The notes under the pieces were generated by a model that did no database searches, was not told the origin of the DNA, and saw nothing but the letters and a program-made list of their open reading frames with translations. Shown here one piece after another: positions 48,889 through 58,756 of a DNA stretch of 64,000 bases. The DNA is taken from NCBI GenBank assembly GCA_965203805.1, contig OZ241917.1, forward strand, positions 4,896,001-4,960,000, written 5' to 3'. This DNA is from Candidatus Latescibacterota bacterium. GTDB taxonomy: Bacteria > Latescibacterota > UBA2968 > GCA-2709665. The stretch's first letter is position 1, and each line of letters begins with the position of its first letter. The position numbers were made by a program, and so were the translations under genes.

Positions 48889-49803
48889 TCAATTCTTCAG
48901 CCGCATCGCCCGATCCTTTAACGCGCGCGCCTTTTCGATGATTTGGGGCAGACCGTCCTCCTGGAGCTTCTCGATGTCTTCCTTGTACTTCAGCACGCAA
49001 CCCAGAGTGGCATTCACGGTGTCGGAATCGAGTTCGTCGATTTCCATCTGCATCAGTGCCAGCGCCCAATCGATGGTCTCCGCGATACCCGGCCGCTTGT
49101 AGAAATCCCGTGTGCGCATCAGCTGCATAAACCCGCAGACCTGCTGCGCAAGGCCCGTTTGAATGCGGGGAACCCGGGACGCGACGATTTCCATCTCTTT
49201 CCTGAACGTGGGATAGTCGATCCACAGGTAGAGGCAACGCCGTTTGAGCGCGTCGTGCAGTTCGCGGGTCCGGTTGGAGGTGAGCACGACAAACGGCACT
49301 TTCTGCGCGGAAATCGTGCCGATCTCGGGGATGGTAATCTGGAAATCTGACAGCACTTCCAGCAGAAATGCCTCGAACTCTTCGTCTGACCGGTCCACCT
49401 CGTCGATCAGCAGCACCGGCGGGTTGCTTCCGCTGCCCTGAATAGCCCGGAGAAGCGGCCGTTTCAGCAGGAAATCCTCGCTGAAAATACTGCGGCCAAT
49501 CTCCTGTTTTTCGATGCCCCGGGCCTCTTCCAGGCGCATCTCCAGCATCTGCCGCGGATAATTCCACTCGTACAGCGCCGTATTGGCATCCAGACCTTCG
49601 TAACACTGCAGCCGGATCAGATCCGTGTCGAGGACCTGCGCCATGACCTTGGCGACCTCTGTTTTGCCTACCCCCGGCTCTCCCTCCAGAAATATCGGTT
49701 TTCCCAGCGCCACGGCCAGGTAGACCGTCGTAGCCAGCGTCCGGTCGGCGATATACCCCTCGCGACCGAACCGCGTCTCCACCTCCTCGATTGATCTTAA
49801 CAT
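48889..49803 (-). CDS. coxD: CoxD-like MoxR AAA+ ATPase
   Basis: GEPGVGKT, RLQCYEGLD, LIDEVDR, ALKRRC. Confidence 0.9.
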   Translation of the reverse strand: MLRSIEEVETRFGREGYIADRTLATTVYLAVALGKPIFLEGEPGVGKTEVAKVMAQVLDTDLIRLQCYEGLDANTALYEWNYPRQMLEMRLEEARGIEKQEIGRSIFSEDFLLKRPLLRAIQGSGSNPPVLLIDEVDRSDEEFEAFLLEVLSDFQITIPEIGTISAQKVPFVVLTSNRTRELHDALKRRCLYLWIDYPTFRKEMEIVASRVPRIQTGLAQQVCGFMQLMRTRDFYKRPGIAETIDWALALMQMEIDELDSDTVNATLGCVLKYKEDIEKLQEDGLPQIIEKARALKDRAMRLKN

Positions 49804-49824
49804 CCGACCCGTATCTCCCCTTTC

Positions 49825-50379
49825 TCAACCCCCGGACCGATCCATTGAACGGCAGTTTGCCGCAAACCGCGCCACCCATGCGCGAAGCGCTTCGTCCGTA
49901 CTTCGAAATGCCAGCTCAGACCAGGGAATCCGGCCTGGAGGGTACGTTCGGACCTCCAGTGTCTCGAAGTTTCCCTGCAGATAGCCTCCCACCGCGACGC
50001 CGGTGTACACGATCAATACCGTTGTTTCGTTGGGGTATGAATAGATGCCGAGCAGATCTTCGATCTCGACTTCAAGCCCCACCTCCTCCATGGCTTCCCG
50101 TGCCGCTGCGGCTTTCACCGGTTCGCCCCGGTCGACGTATCCGCCGGGAAAGACCCACTTCCCCATCCCGGGTTCGATGCTCCGCTTCAGGAGCACCACC
50201 TCGTCATCCAGCGTAACGATCACGCCGGCCGCTACTTTCGGGTCCAGGTAGACGACGAACTCACAGGCCGGACAGACCGGCCTGTCGCGGTCTTCGACCC
50301 GCCTTGTCACGAGCGCCGCACCGCACCGCTCGCAGAAGCGGGCGCCGTCGCCGTGATGCGCGGTATGGTCGCTCGCCAC
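49825..50379 (-). CDS. NUDIX hydrolase with N-terminal zinc ribbon
   Basis: FCERCG...CPAC; GGYVDRGE...AREAMEEVG Nudix box. Confidence 0.9.
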   Translation of the reverse strand: MASDHTAHHGDGARFCERCGAALVTRRVEDRDRPVCPACEFVVYLDPKVAAGVIVTLDDEVVLLKRSIEPGMGKWVFPGGYVDRGEPVKAAAAREAMEEVGLEVEIEDLLGIYSYPNETTVLIVYTGVAVGGYLQGNFETLEVRTYPPGRIPWSELAFRSTDEALRAWVARFAANCRSMDRSGG

Positions 50380-50594
50380 CGAGTAAAAACCCTCCGGCAG
50401 AATGGGGCCGATCGTCTAAATATACGGGTTTGGAACCGCATCACAAGCCCTTTTTCCTAACCATGCAGGCACGGGCTATCCACAAAAAACCGCAGCCGGC
50501 TAGCGGCATGCGGTCGTAAATCCAGACGTAAGGGGTCCGTGGGCGCCACGTCGCTCGACGCATTGCGTTCGTTCGGTTTCGCACAAACCCCGGT

Positions 50595-51275
50595 CTATAC
50601 TTCCTCTCCGATATTCTCCTTCTGGTGGCGCACAATCCGGCCCTGCACCAGGAACACCACGTTCTCGGCGATGTTGGACGCGTGGTCGCCCATACGCTCA
50701 AGATGCCTCGAAACCAGAATCAGGTGAATCGCTCGATCAATGGCATCGTTTTCCGCCCTGTAATGCAGGTAAGTGAGCAATTCCCTGAAGATTTGATCTC
50801 TCAAACCGTCCACCACGTCGTCTCGCCTGCGCACGTCGTTTGCCAGATCCACGTTCCGGTTGACAAATGCGTCCAGCGCATCCTTGACCATCCCGCGGAC
50901 GAGTTCCGCCATTCTGGGGATGTCGATCAGCGGCTTCAAGAGGATTGCACGGTTCAGTACAAACGCCCGCTGTGCGATATTCACCGACTGATCGTTGATC
51001 CTCTCCAGGTCGTAATTGATCTTCATCAGGGTCGCCATCAGGCGCAAGTCGCCGGCCACGGGTTGCCGCACCGCCAGCAGCTTCAGGCACGCGTCTTCGA
51101 TGCGCACCTCCCAATCGTCAATTGCCGCGCCGCCGGCAATTACGGTATTGGCGAGATCGTTGTCACGTTCGAGCAAGCTCTTCACTGCCTGATCGATGGA
51201 CTCCTCCACCGCGCCGCCCATTGACAGCAACTCGCTCTTCAACTGTTCCAACTGCTGATCCAATGTCCGTTCCAT
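50595..51275 (-). CDS. phoU: Phosphate signalling protein PhoU
   Basis: QPVAGDLR, DLERIND, LERMGDHASNIAE. Confidence 0.95.
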   Translation of the reverse strand: MERTLDQQLEQLKSELLSMGGAVEESIDQAVKSLLERDNDLANTVIAGGAAIDDWEVRIEDACLKLLAVRQPVAGDLRLMATLMKINYDLERINDQSVNIAQRAFVLNRAILLKPLIDIPRMAELVRGMVKDALDAFVNRNVDLANDVRRRDDVVDGLRDQIFRELLTYLHYRAENDAIDRAIHLILVSRHLERMGDHASNIAENVVFLVQGRIVRHQKENIGEEV

Positions 51276-51313
51276 AGTCAGCCCCGTTCATTGAAATCCG
51301 ACCGACCTGCCGG

Positions 51314-52108
51314 CTATCCGAACCTGCCGGTCACGTAATCCTCCGTCTGCTGCAGATTCGGGTTCGTAAACATCTCTTCGGTACGAGCGTATTCAACCAG
51401 CTTGCCGAGGTAAAAGAATGCAGTCCGGTCCGAGATACGGGAAGCCTGCTGGAGATTGTGAGTCACAATAACGATCGTATACGTGCTCTTCAACTCATTG
51501 ATCGTCTCTTCAATGCGTCCGGTGGCTATCGGATCCAGCGCGGAACACGGCTCGTCCATCAGGATGACCGACGGCTCCACCGCGATCGCGCGCGCGATGC
51601 AGAGCCGCTGCTGCTGTCCCCCGGACAACCCCAGCGCGGATTCGTCGAGTCGATCCTTGACCTCGTCCCAGAGTGCCGCCGCCCTGAGGCTTCTCTCGGC
51701 CACCTCGTCCAGAACGGGACGCCGGTTCTCCCCGGCGATGCGCAACCCGTACACGACGTTTTCGAAGATTGACTTGGGAAACGGATTCGACTTCTGAAAT
51801 ACCATACCCACCAGCCGCCGGAGTGATATGACATCGTATCCCTGGGCATAGATGTCTTCTCCTTCGATCCGGACCCCGCCATCGATCCTTACCGAGTCGA
51901 TCAGATCGTTCAAGCGGTTCATACAGCGCAGCAGCGTAGACTTCCCGCAACCGGACGGTCCGATAAACGCGGTGACGTTGTGTCGGGGTACGTTCAGACT
52001 GATGTCGTACAACGCCTGGGCGTCGCCGTAGTGCAGACTCAGGGATTCGACCTCGACGACCGGTTTCTCAGATGCGGTGATGACCTGCTTCGTGGGTTCC
52101 ACGCCCAT
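51314..52108 (-). CDS. pstB: Phosphate ABC transporter ATPase
   Basis: [32 protein letters not shown]. Confidence 0.97.
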   Translation of the reverse strand: MGVEPTKQVITASEKPVVEVESLSLHYGDAQALYDISLNVPRHNVTAFIGPSGCGKSTLLRCMNRLNDLIDSVRIDGGVRIEGEDIYAQGYDVISLRRLVGMVFQKSNPFPKSIFENVVYGLRIAGENRRPVLDEVAERSLRAAALWDEVKDRLDESALGLSGGQQQRLCIARAIAVEPSVILMDEPCSALDPIATGRIEETINELKSTYTIVIVTHNLQQASRISDRTAFFYLGKLVEYARTEEMFTNPNLQQTEDYVTGRFG

Positions 52109-52158
52109 CCTTGTTGACTCCTGATTGATAGACCGTCTCGAGAACCGTCGAGATGCCG

Positions 52159-53763
52159 CTACAGACCGATTTTCTGGTATCGCTTGCGCAAGCGCGACCT
52201 GACCTGGATCGCCGTCAGATTCAGCGCCAGCACAATAAACATCAGCAACAGCGTCGTGGTATACACCATCGGGCGGGCCGCCTCGACATTGGGCGACTGA
52301 AATCCCACGTCATAGATGTGAAAGCCCAGATGCATGAACTTCCGCTCCAGGTGAAAAAACGGCCAGTTGGCGTCCACGGGCAGCGTGGGCGCGAGTTTAA
52401 CCACCCCCGTAATCATCAGCGGCGCAACCTCGCCCGCGCCCCTGGCCACCACCAGCACGATGCCCGTCAGAATGCCGGGCAACGCCGCGGGCAGAACGAC
52501 TCGCCAGATGGTCTGGAACTGGGTCGCGCCCAGCGCAAGAGAACCCTCCCGGACCTCTCTGGGGACGGATGCCAGCGCCTCCTCAGAAGCCACGATCATC
52601 ACCGGTACGGTCAACAGCGCCAGCGTCAGCGAGGCCCACAAAATGCCCCCGGTGCCGAACGTGGGCGCAGGCAGCGCCTCGGGGAAAAAGAGCAGGTCCA
52701 GACTCCCGCCCACGCCGTAGACGAAGAATCCGAGTCCGAACATGCCGAAAACGATCGAAGGTACTCCTGCGAGGTTATTCACGGCGATCCGGATCGCACG
52801 CACAAGCGGCCCCTGCCTCGCGTATTCACGCAGATACAGCGCCGCCAGGACGCCAAACGGCACCGCCGCCAGACTCATCAGAATGACCATCATGACCGTA
52901 CCGAAAATCGCGGGAAACACGCCGCCTTCGGTGTTGGACTCGCGCGGTTCCGCAGAAAGGAATTCCCAGACCCTCTCCAGGTATACGCCCGTCTTGCCGA
53001 AGACACCCAACCGATTGGGCCGGTACGCGCGCACGACGTCAGCCACCGCCAACCGTCGTATCTCTCCGCCAGCCAGCCGGACCTTCAAATGAGGGACTTC
53101 GCTCTCCGCCCTGAGTCGGTTCAGGTCAGCGGCCAACGATTCATAGCGCGTCCAATATCGGCGGCTTTTCGCGTCCAGCTGCAAAATCCGGTCCTGCTGC
53201 GCGTCATCCGTCAGTTCAAGCTTTCGTTTCTCCAGGCGAAGCCGTTCGATTCGCCGGTTGAGATCAGATATGGCGTCGTACTCGATGTCGCGGATTCGAT
53301 CCAGAAGCACGCCCGTTCGCCGCAACTGCTTCTGAAACGCCGCCCAGCCGGCCGCGCCGCCTCCGGCGACTCTCTCCTCACCCTCGAACACGCCGTCCAG
53401 AAATCCGAACAGTTGTCCCCATTCGCGCCGCTCGAACACAACCGCGCTTTCGGGAAATGTCCGGTCCTGAATCCGCGACTCGTCGATCCACCGGAAGTCA
53501 ACGCCGTACGCGTCCCGGTTCGCCACTTTCAGTTGAACCCGGAATTCCCCGTCCCGGTTGGGAATCTCCTGCCTGTCCCACATCTGCCCCATCACAACCG
53601 CGTTGTCTTTCAGGCCAAGTGCGGTCAGGTCGGCCGGCCAGAAAAAGCCGAGCCCGTTATAGATGACGAGGCCGATCAGCCCGACGATCATCAGCACACA
53701 GAATGCGAGCGCGCCGCCCGTCAGCCAGATATATGCCTGCCCTGATTTCCAGAATCCGTTCAT
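52159..53763 (-). CDS. pstA: Phosphate ABC transporter permease PstA (long form)
   Basis: [28 protein letters not shown]. Confidence 0.95.
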   Translation of the reverse strand: MNGFWKSGQAYIWLTGGALAFCVLMIVGLIGLVIYNGLGFFWPADLTALGLKDNAVVMGQMWDRQEIPNRDGEFRVQLKVANRDAYGVDFRWIDESRIQDRTFPESAVVFERREWGQLFGFLDGVFEGEERVAGGGAAGWAAFQKQLRRTGVLLDRIRDIEYDAISDLNRRIERLRLEKRKLELTDDAQQDRILQLDAKSRRYWTRYESLAADLNRLRAESEVPHLKVRLAGGEIRRLAVADVVRAYRPNRLGVFGKTGVYLERVWEFLSAEPRESNTEGGVFPAIFGTVMMVILMSLAAVPFGVLAALYLREYARQGPLVRAIRIAVNNLAGVPSIVFGMFGLGFFVYGVGGSLDLLFFPEALPAPTFGTGGILWASLTLALLTVPVMIVASEEALASVPREVREGSLALGATQFQTIWRVVLPAALPGILTGIVLVVARGAGEVAPLMITGVVKLAPTLPVDANWPFFHLERKFMHLGFHIYDVGFQSPNVEAARPMVYTTTLLLMFIVLALNLTAIQVRSRLRKRYQKIGL

Positions 53764-53789
53764 TCAACTCACTCCGGACGGATCGGGAT

Positions 53790-56042
53790 TCATATCCTGC
53801 TGTACCGTTCGCGTAGCCGCTGCCGCACGATTTCCGCGAGGGTGTTGACGACGAAGGTGACTCCCGCAAGCAGCAGGCCGGTGAGAAACAGGACCCGGTA
53901 GAGCGTTCCTTCGTGCGGCGCCTCCGGGATTTCCACGGCGATATTGGCCGACATGGTTCGCATCCCGTTGAAGATGCTCCAGTCCATAATCGGCGTGTTC
54001 CCGGTCGCCATCAAGACGATCATGGTTTCACCGACCGCCCGCCCGAAACCGATCATCGTTGCAGAAAAAACGCCCGGACTGGCGGTAGGGAGCACGACGC
54101 GGACCGCGGTCTGCCACGGCGTGGCGCCCAGCGCCAGAGACGCGGCGCGAAGGTGTGACGGAACGCTCGTCAACGCGTCTTCGCAGATCGTGTAGATGAT
54201 CGGAATGACCGCAAAACCCATCGCGAATCCCACAACGATGCAATTCCTCTGGTCGTAGCGGGTACCGGCGGAATCCGCGAGCCATCGCTGGAAATTCCCG
54301 CCCCATAATGCGCCTTCCAGCCATGGACCGAGGGCCAGTGCCAGCCAGGTCCCGATGAGGGACACCAATACGTAGAAAATCTCCGGGCCCGGCAGACGGT
54401 TCATTGCGCGGCGCGGCAGCCGGGACCAGACCCAGGAAGCCGCAATCACCGTGAGCGCAACCGTCGGCAGCAGCAGCAGAACCCCCACCACCTGGCGTTC
54501 CAGCAACGGCGCCAGCCAGAGGCCCCCGAGAAATCCGAGAATCACGCTTGGCAGCGATGCCATCAGTTCCACCGTGGGTTTGACGACGTTGCGCACGCTC
54601 GGGCGGGCGAACTCGGACGTATAGATGGCGGCCAGTACAGCCAGCGGAAGGGCGAAAAACATCGCGTAGAACGTGCCCTTGGCCGTGCCGTACGCCAGGG
54701 GGACGATGCTCAGCTTCGACTCGAATTCGTCGGTGCCGCCGGTGGACTGCCAGACGTACTCGGGTTCGGTATATCCCTCGTACCACAGTTTGCCGAACAG
54801 CGTTTTCAGCGTCACTTCCGGGTGCGGATTGGACAGCCGGTAATGGTTTAAAGTGCGGCCGGCGTCCAGAGAAAGGAAGCCGTCTGCCTTGGGTGCGAAC
54901 GCCAGATCGGTGACGCCGGATCCGTCCACGAGTTCGAAAAAAGTCTGACCCGATGTCATATGGTGCAGCATGACGTGTCCACCCGCGCTGCCGGTCAAAA
55001 ACTGCTTGTCGCGGGCGGACGGCGCAATCGCATTCACGGCGGTGCGATGAGACCGGAATTCGTGGACGTTCCGGTAGGTCGCGATGCCGGCCCCGGCGGG
55101 TCCGCGCACCGGAGACCACGTACTCACACGGCCTCCGGCGTCGCCTATCGCCACGGATACGTCGCCAAGCAAAAACGCGACCGCCGTAATCGCCAGGTCC
55201 GATGCACGAAATCGCTGCACGAGGGACGGGGCCGCCTTGGCGTTCGAAACGTCCCAGCAGTACACCTCTCCGCGGTCCGTACCCGCCAGAAGACGGCGAC
55301 TGCTTCCGTCGATCAGAACCGTTGTCGGCCTGCCGTGAACTTCATTCGTCAATTCGTGGACGTATGTGTCAAGCTTACCCCCGCCCAGCAGCCCCCTCTT
55401 CTTCTGTCTGCAGGCCACGAGCAGCCGGCCGGACGCCGTGATTCCGGCCGCGGTGGACCGCCGTGGCCCGTCGGAGCGAAATACAACCTGAACGATCGGT
55501 TCGCCCATGACGTCCAACGGCACATGTTCCTTGACCTGAAACTCGGGCGTGACCCGTCGTTTGCCATCCGGGTAGGTTATACGATAGTTCACCGCTGCCA
55601 CGGCGACGCGGCCATCCGACATACCCAGACCATGATTTCCGTCGGTAAGCGACGAATGGACCGATACCACACGCCGGTCCTGAAATTCGTCGCCACGCAC
55701 CCGGCTGATCTTTGCGCCGGATGCCAGTCGGATGAAGTCAATGCCTTCCGGCCGGACCAGAAACCCCACTTCACGATAGGGGTCCGTGCCCACGGCCAGG
55801 GTCCGTTGGGCATCGCTGCCGTCGAGGGTGTGGCGATTCACAATCGTCGCCGGGGCAGGCGACAGGAACAGCGGAAAGGATTCACGAAATACGAAGGCCA
55901 GAATGCCCAGGACCACCAGGATGACCCCGACGCCGCCTACGGCGATCACCCATCGGCCGAGACGGTCCATTGTCCGCGCCGCGGGCGTGATGCCGGGGCG
56001 CGTGCGGGGTTCACGTGGACTTTTGTCGTTCGGTTGCGCCAT
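53790..56042 (-). CDS. pstC: Phosphate ABC transporter permease PstC with periplasmic WD40-like domain
   Basis: WYEGYTEPEYVWQSTGGTD, GRAVGETMIVLMATGN. Confidence 0.93.
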   Translation of the reverse strand: MAQPNDKSPREPRTRPGITPAARTMDRLGRWVIAVGGVGVILVVLGILAFVFRESFPLFLSPAPATIVNRHTLDGSDAQRTLAVGTDPYREVGFLVRPEGIDFIRLASGAKISRVRGDEFQDRRVVSVHSSLTDGNHGLGMSDGRVAVAAVNYRITYPDGKRRVTPEFQVKEHVPLDVMGEPIVQVVFRSDGPRRSTAAGITASGRLLVACRQKKRGLLGGGKLDTYVHELTNEVHGRPTTVLIDGSSRRLLAGTDRGEVYCWDVSNAKAAPSLVQRFRASDLAITAVAFLLGDVSVAIGDAGGRVSTWSPVRGPAGAGIATYRNVHEFRSHRTAVNAIAPSARDKQFLTGSAGGHVMLHHMTSGQTFFELVDGSGVTDLAFAPKADGFLSLDAGRTLNHYRLSNPHPEVTLKTLFGKLWYEGYTEPEYVWQSTGGTDEFESKLSIVPLAYGTAKGTFYAMFFALPLAVLAAIYTSEFARPSVRNVVKPTVELMASLPSVILGFLGGLWLAPLLERQVVGVLLLLPTVALTVIAASWVWSRLPRRAMNRLPGPEIFYVLVSLIGTWLALALGPWLEGALWGGNFQRWLADSAGTRYDQRNCIVVGFAMGFAVIPIIYTICEDALTSVPSHLRAASLALGATPWQTAVRVVLPTASPGVFSATMIGFGRAVGETMIVLMATGNTPIMDWSIFNGMRTMSANIAVEIPEAPHEGTLYRVLFLTGLLLAGVTFVVNTLAEIVRQRLRERYSRI

Positions 56043-56094
56043 TGCCCAAACTCACAATTTCCCTGCCGGACCCGAAACCGGGTTCGGCCGCGGA

Positions 56095-57072
56095 CTACAT
56101 ATCGGACGATTCCAGCTTCGCCAGTTCTTCTTTAACGACTTCAAACGGCACCGGCATATAACCGTCCTTGATGATGACTTCCTGGCCCTCTCTTGAAAAG
56201 ATATACCTGCAGAACTCACGCACCATCGGGTCGAGGGGCTTACCGGGCGCTTTGTTGATGTAGATGAACAGAAACCGGCCCAGCGGATAGGTGCCGTCCA
56301 GTACGTTCCCCATGGTGGCATCCCTGAATCCTTCCTCCGGATCCTCAGCAAGAGGCACCACACGCACATTCGACGTCTTGTACCCTATTCCACTGTATCC
56401 AATCCCGTACCGGTCCTCCGCCACCCCCTGGACGACCGAAGCCGACCCCGGCTGTTCCTTGACCTCATCCTTGAAATCCCCCTTTGAAAGGGCGTTCTTC
56501 TTGAAGAAGCCATAGGTGCCGGAGGCCGAATTGCGGCCGTACATGCTGATCATCGCGGATGCTTCCTCTCCGGTCCATCCCACCTCGTTCCAGCGCGTGA
56601 TATCCTTTGGATGGCCCTTTCGGCGGGTCTTCGAAAAAATCGCGTCGACCTGCTTCAGCGTCAATCCCTTGACCGGATTGTCCTTGTTCACGAAAACCGC
56701 CAGCGCGTCCAGTGCCGTTCGCAACGCCGTGGGCGGGTAGCCGAATGCCTGCTCGAACTTATCCACCTCCGTCGCCTTCATCGCACGCGACATGGGTCCG
56801 AACTGCGCTGTGCCTTCGATCAGCGCCGGCGGAGCGGTACTGGATCCCTTGCCTTCAATCTGGACGTTCACATTCGGATAGTGTCTCCGGAAGCCCTCGA
56901 GCCACAGGGCCATCAGGTTATTCATCGTATCCGATCCAATGCTGCTGGCGCTTCCCAAAATTCCCCTCGCTTTTGTGTATGCCGGAATTCTCGGGTCGAC
57001 CTCCACGGTCTGCGCGCTTGCAGGAACAACGGCGAACAACAGAAAAATCAGACCGGCGACTGTACGAAACAT
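56095..57072 (-). CDS. pstS: Phosphate-binding periplasmic protein
   Basis: GSDTM, GKGSSTAPPAL, GRNSASGT. Confidence 0.95.
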   Translation of the reverse strand: MFRTVAGLIFLLFAVVPASAQTVEVDPRIPAYTKARGILGSASSIGSDTMNNLMALWLEGFRRHYPNVNVQIEGKGSSTAPPALIEGTAQFGPMSRAMKATEVDKFEQAFGYPPTALRTALDALAVFVNKDNPVKGLTLKQVDAIFSKTRRKGHPKDITRWNEVGWTGEEASAMISMYGRNSASGTYGFFKKNALSKGDFKDEVKEQPGSASVVQGVAEDRYGIGYSGIGYKTSNVRVVPLAEDPEEGFRDATMGNVLDGTYPLGRFLFIYINKAPGKPLDPMVREFCRYIFSREGQEVIIKDGYMPVPFEVVKEELAKLESSDM

Positions 57073-57140
57073 GTCTGCACTCCTCCGTGTTTTCAGGGTG
57101 ATCGTCTAACGATATTCGGGCGTCAATTTAACCGGCCAAT

Positions 57141-57156
57141 GTTACGTTCGTGTGTC
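57141..57156 (-). promoter_or_regulatory. Putative Pho box upstream of pstS
   Basis: Minus-strand GACAC and GTAAC half-sites 11 bp apart. Confidence 0.45.
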
Positions 57157-57316
57157 GATTGCCGGACGACCGGAGAAACCCGCTAGCCTGCTTGGGTGCG
57201 CGATTTTGTTGCATTTGAGTCAAGTTTCATGCTGACAGCGCTCAACCAGGGCTTGTCTTACTTACACGTCTACATTGACGCAACAACACGTCTTGGCGGT
57301 CTGAGGCGAAGCCTCG

Positions 57317-58291
57317 TTAGAATTTGTAGAACACCGTCATACGCGGGACGACCACGGTATCCGCGTCCGAGGACGCGTAAATCGTTGCCATTACATTGGG
57401 CATGATGTGAATATTCCCGGCCGGCGCGATGTCGACGCCTCCGATGACCATGGTTTCCTCGTCCTGCCCCCTGCTCGCGCCGGGATCGTAATAATCCAGG
57501 CGGGCGAATACATCGACCCGGGGCCTGACGTTCGCTGCGCCGAATACCGATACACCTCGTATCTGTACGTGCCCGCCTCCGCTCCCGTTCCGGTTATTTC
57601 TAACAAACGCTTCAATTCCGCCGCGGAAATCCCCGCCTGACATTCCCAGCATCCCGGCAAACGTGACGCGATCTCTCCCTTCGGGTTTGCCTTCCCAGTC
57701 CAGGTAGACCGTGGCTTCGATGGCGTCCGTCGGTTTAACGTGAAGAAGCGTGTACAGTTTCTTGCCGTTGTCGGCTTCCGGGCGCTGCCCGCTCCCGTTG
57801 CCGAGCATCAGTTGGACGTTCACCCTGCCCGAACCATCCAGCCTTCCTTTGAATCCCACCCCGATGTCTGCGGACGAGCCGATCTTGCGCATATCCATGA
57901 TCGTTTTTGCGATCGACCGGTATCCCCAGATTCGCTCGGATACGTTCCAGGTGGGTGTGCCGAACAGCCCCATGTTGACGGCCCGACCGTTGGCACGGTA
58001 CCGCAGATAACCGTGCTTCACGAACGGCCGCATCTTGTCCTCTCGGCCAAATCCCGCATCATTGGCTTCGTAACGTACCCGGCCGGACCAGCGGTCGTTC
58101 CATTTCATATCGTACGTCAGGTATATGCGCCGGAACCTGAAGCCGTTTTCGTTCTTGTCAGTTCCGGTCGTGACAAAGTAATAATCGCCAAAAGCCACCC
58201 CCTTGATCTTGCCTTCGACGCCTTCGGCAGTTCCGAACAGGCCGAGGCTCAACACGGCGACGATTCCCAGGATGGTCCCGTTTAGTCGCAT
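57317..58291 (-). CDS. Outer-membrane porin (phosphate-selective porin-like)
   Basis: Signal peptide, GFRFRRIYLTYD, terminal YKF; GGAGGAG RBS; upstream of pstS. Confidence 0.75.
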   Translation of the reverse strand: MRLNGTILGIVAVLSLGLFGTAEGVEGKIKGVAFGDYYFVTTGTDKNENGFRFRRIYLTYDMKWNDRWSGRVRYEANDAGFGREDKMRPFVKHGYLRYRANGRAVNMGLFGTPTWNVSERIWGYRSIAKTIMDMRKIGSSADIGVGFKGRLDGSGRVNVQLMLGNGSGQRPEADNGKKLYTLLHVKPTDAIEATVYLDWEGKPEGRDRVTFAGMLGMSGGDFRGGIEAFVRNNRNGSGGGHVQIRGVSVFGAANVRPRVDVFARLDYYDPGASRGQDEETMVIGGVDIAPAGNIHIMPNVMATIYASSDADTVVVPRMTVFYKF

Positions 58292-58472
58292 TTCTCCTCC
58301 CTGCTGTCTTCGGTTTATCGATCGACCCGCGCCGATTCCCGGCGGTTGCGGCGGTTCACCCCGTGATGGTCCGGGGCGGCGGCTCGCCCGGAAGGCTGAA
58401 CGCACGAATTTTGAACTCGAACGCAGACCCGTTGCCCCCGTCTTCCTCACCCTGAACCAAGATGTACAATAT

Positions 58473-58521
58473 GTTACGCTTTCGTTACGATCGGGTGGCA
58501 ATTGTGTGACGAACAGGTTAC
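58473..58521 (-). promoter_or_regulatory. Five 11-bp-phased Pho-box-like half-sites
   Basis: Plus-strand GTTAC 58473, GTTAC 58484, GTGGC 58495, GTGAC 58506, GTTAC 58517. Confidence 0.7.
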
Positions 58522-58622
58522 GATCTCCGGGTCGGACCCCGCCAGAACGCGGCGGAAGCCGGCGGAGGCACAAGCGGCAGTCCCGTCCCGGAATCAACCC
58601 CCGTCGGATACCCTGCGAAAAC

Positions 58623-58649
58623 GTCATTGAATCGTAACGATTCCGTAAC
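58623..58649 (+). promoter_or_regulatory. Three 11-bp-phased Pho-box-like half-sites upstream of the TonB receptor
   Basis: GTCAT 58623, GTAAC 58634, GTAAC 58645. Confidence 0.7.
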
Positions 58650-58756
58650 CCGGTCTAAACAACCGGTTGGTTACTTTGACGCCGATCAGAGGCAGCGGGG
58701 CCTTGAATCCGGAACGCGACGGCCTGAAGGAACATCACCCGAGGAGCGAGAACCCC

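Noticed and set aside
46513-49803. Aerobic CO dehydrogenase cluster
   Set aside because: Only accessory coxDEF-like genes are present; no coxLMS, so the substrate cannot be inferred.
48878-49879. 333-aa alternative-frame ORF over coxD
   Set aside because: Same-strand frame overlap with low-complexity Arg/Gly composition and no motifs.
52153-56135. Long plus-strand ORFs opposite pstA/pstC (similarly 31040-33301 and 46552-47568)
   Set aside because: High-GC antisense shadow frames of well-supported genes.
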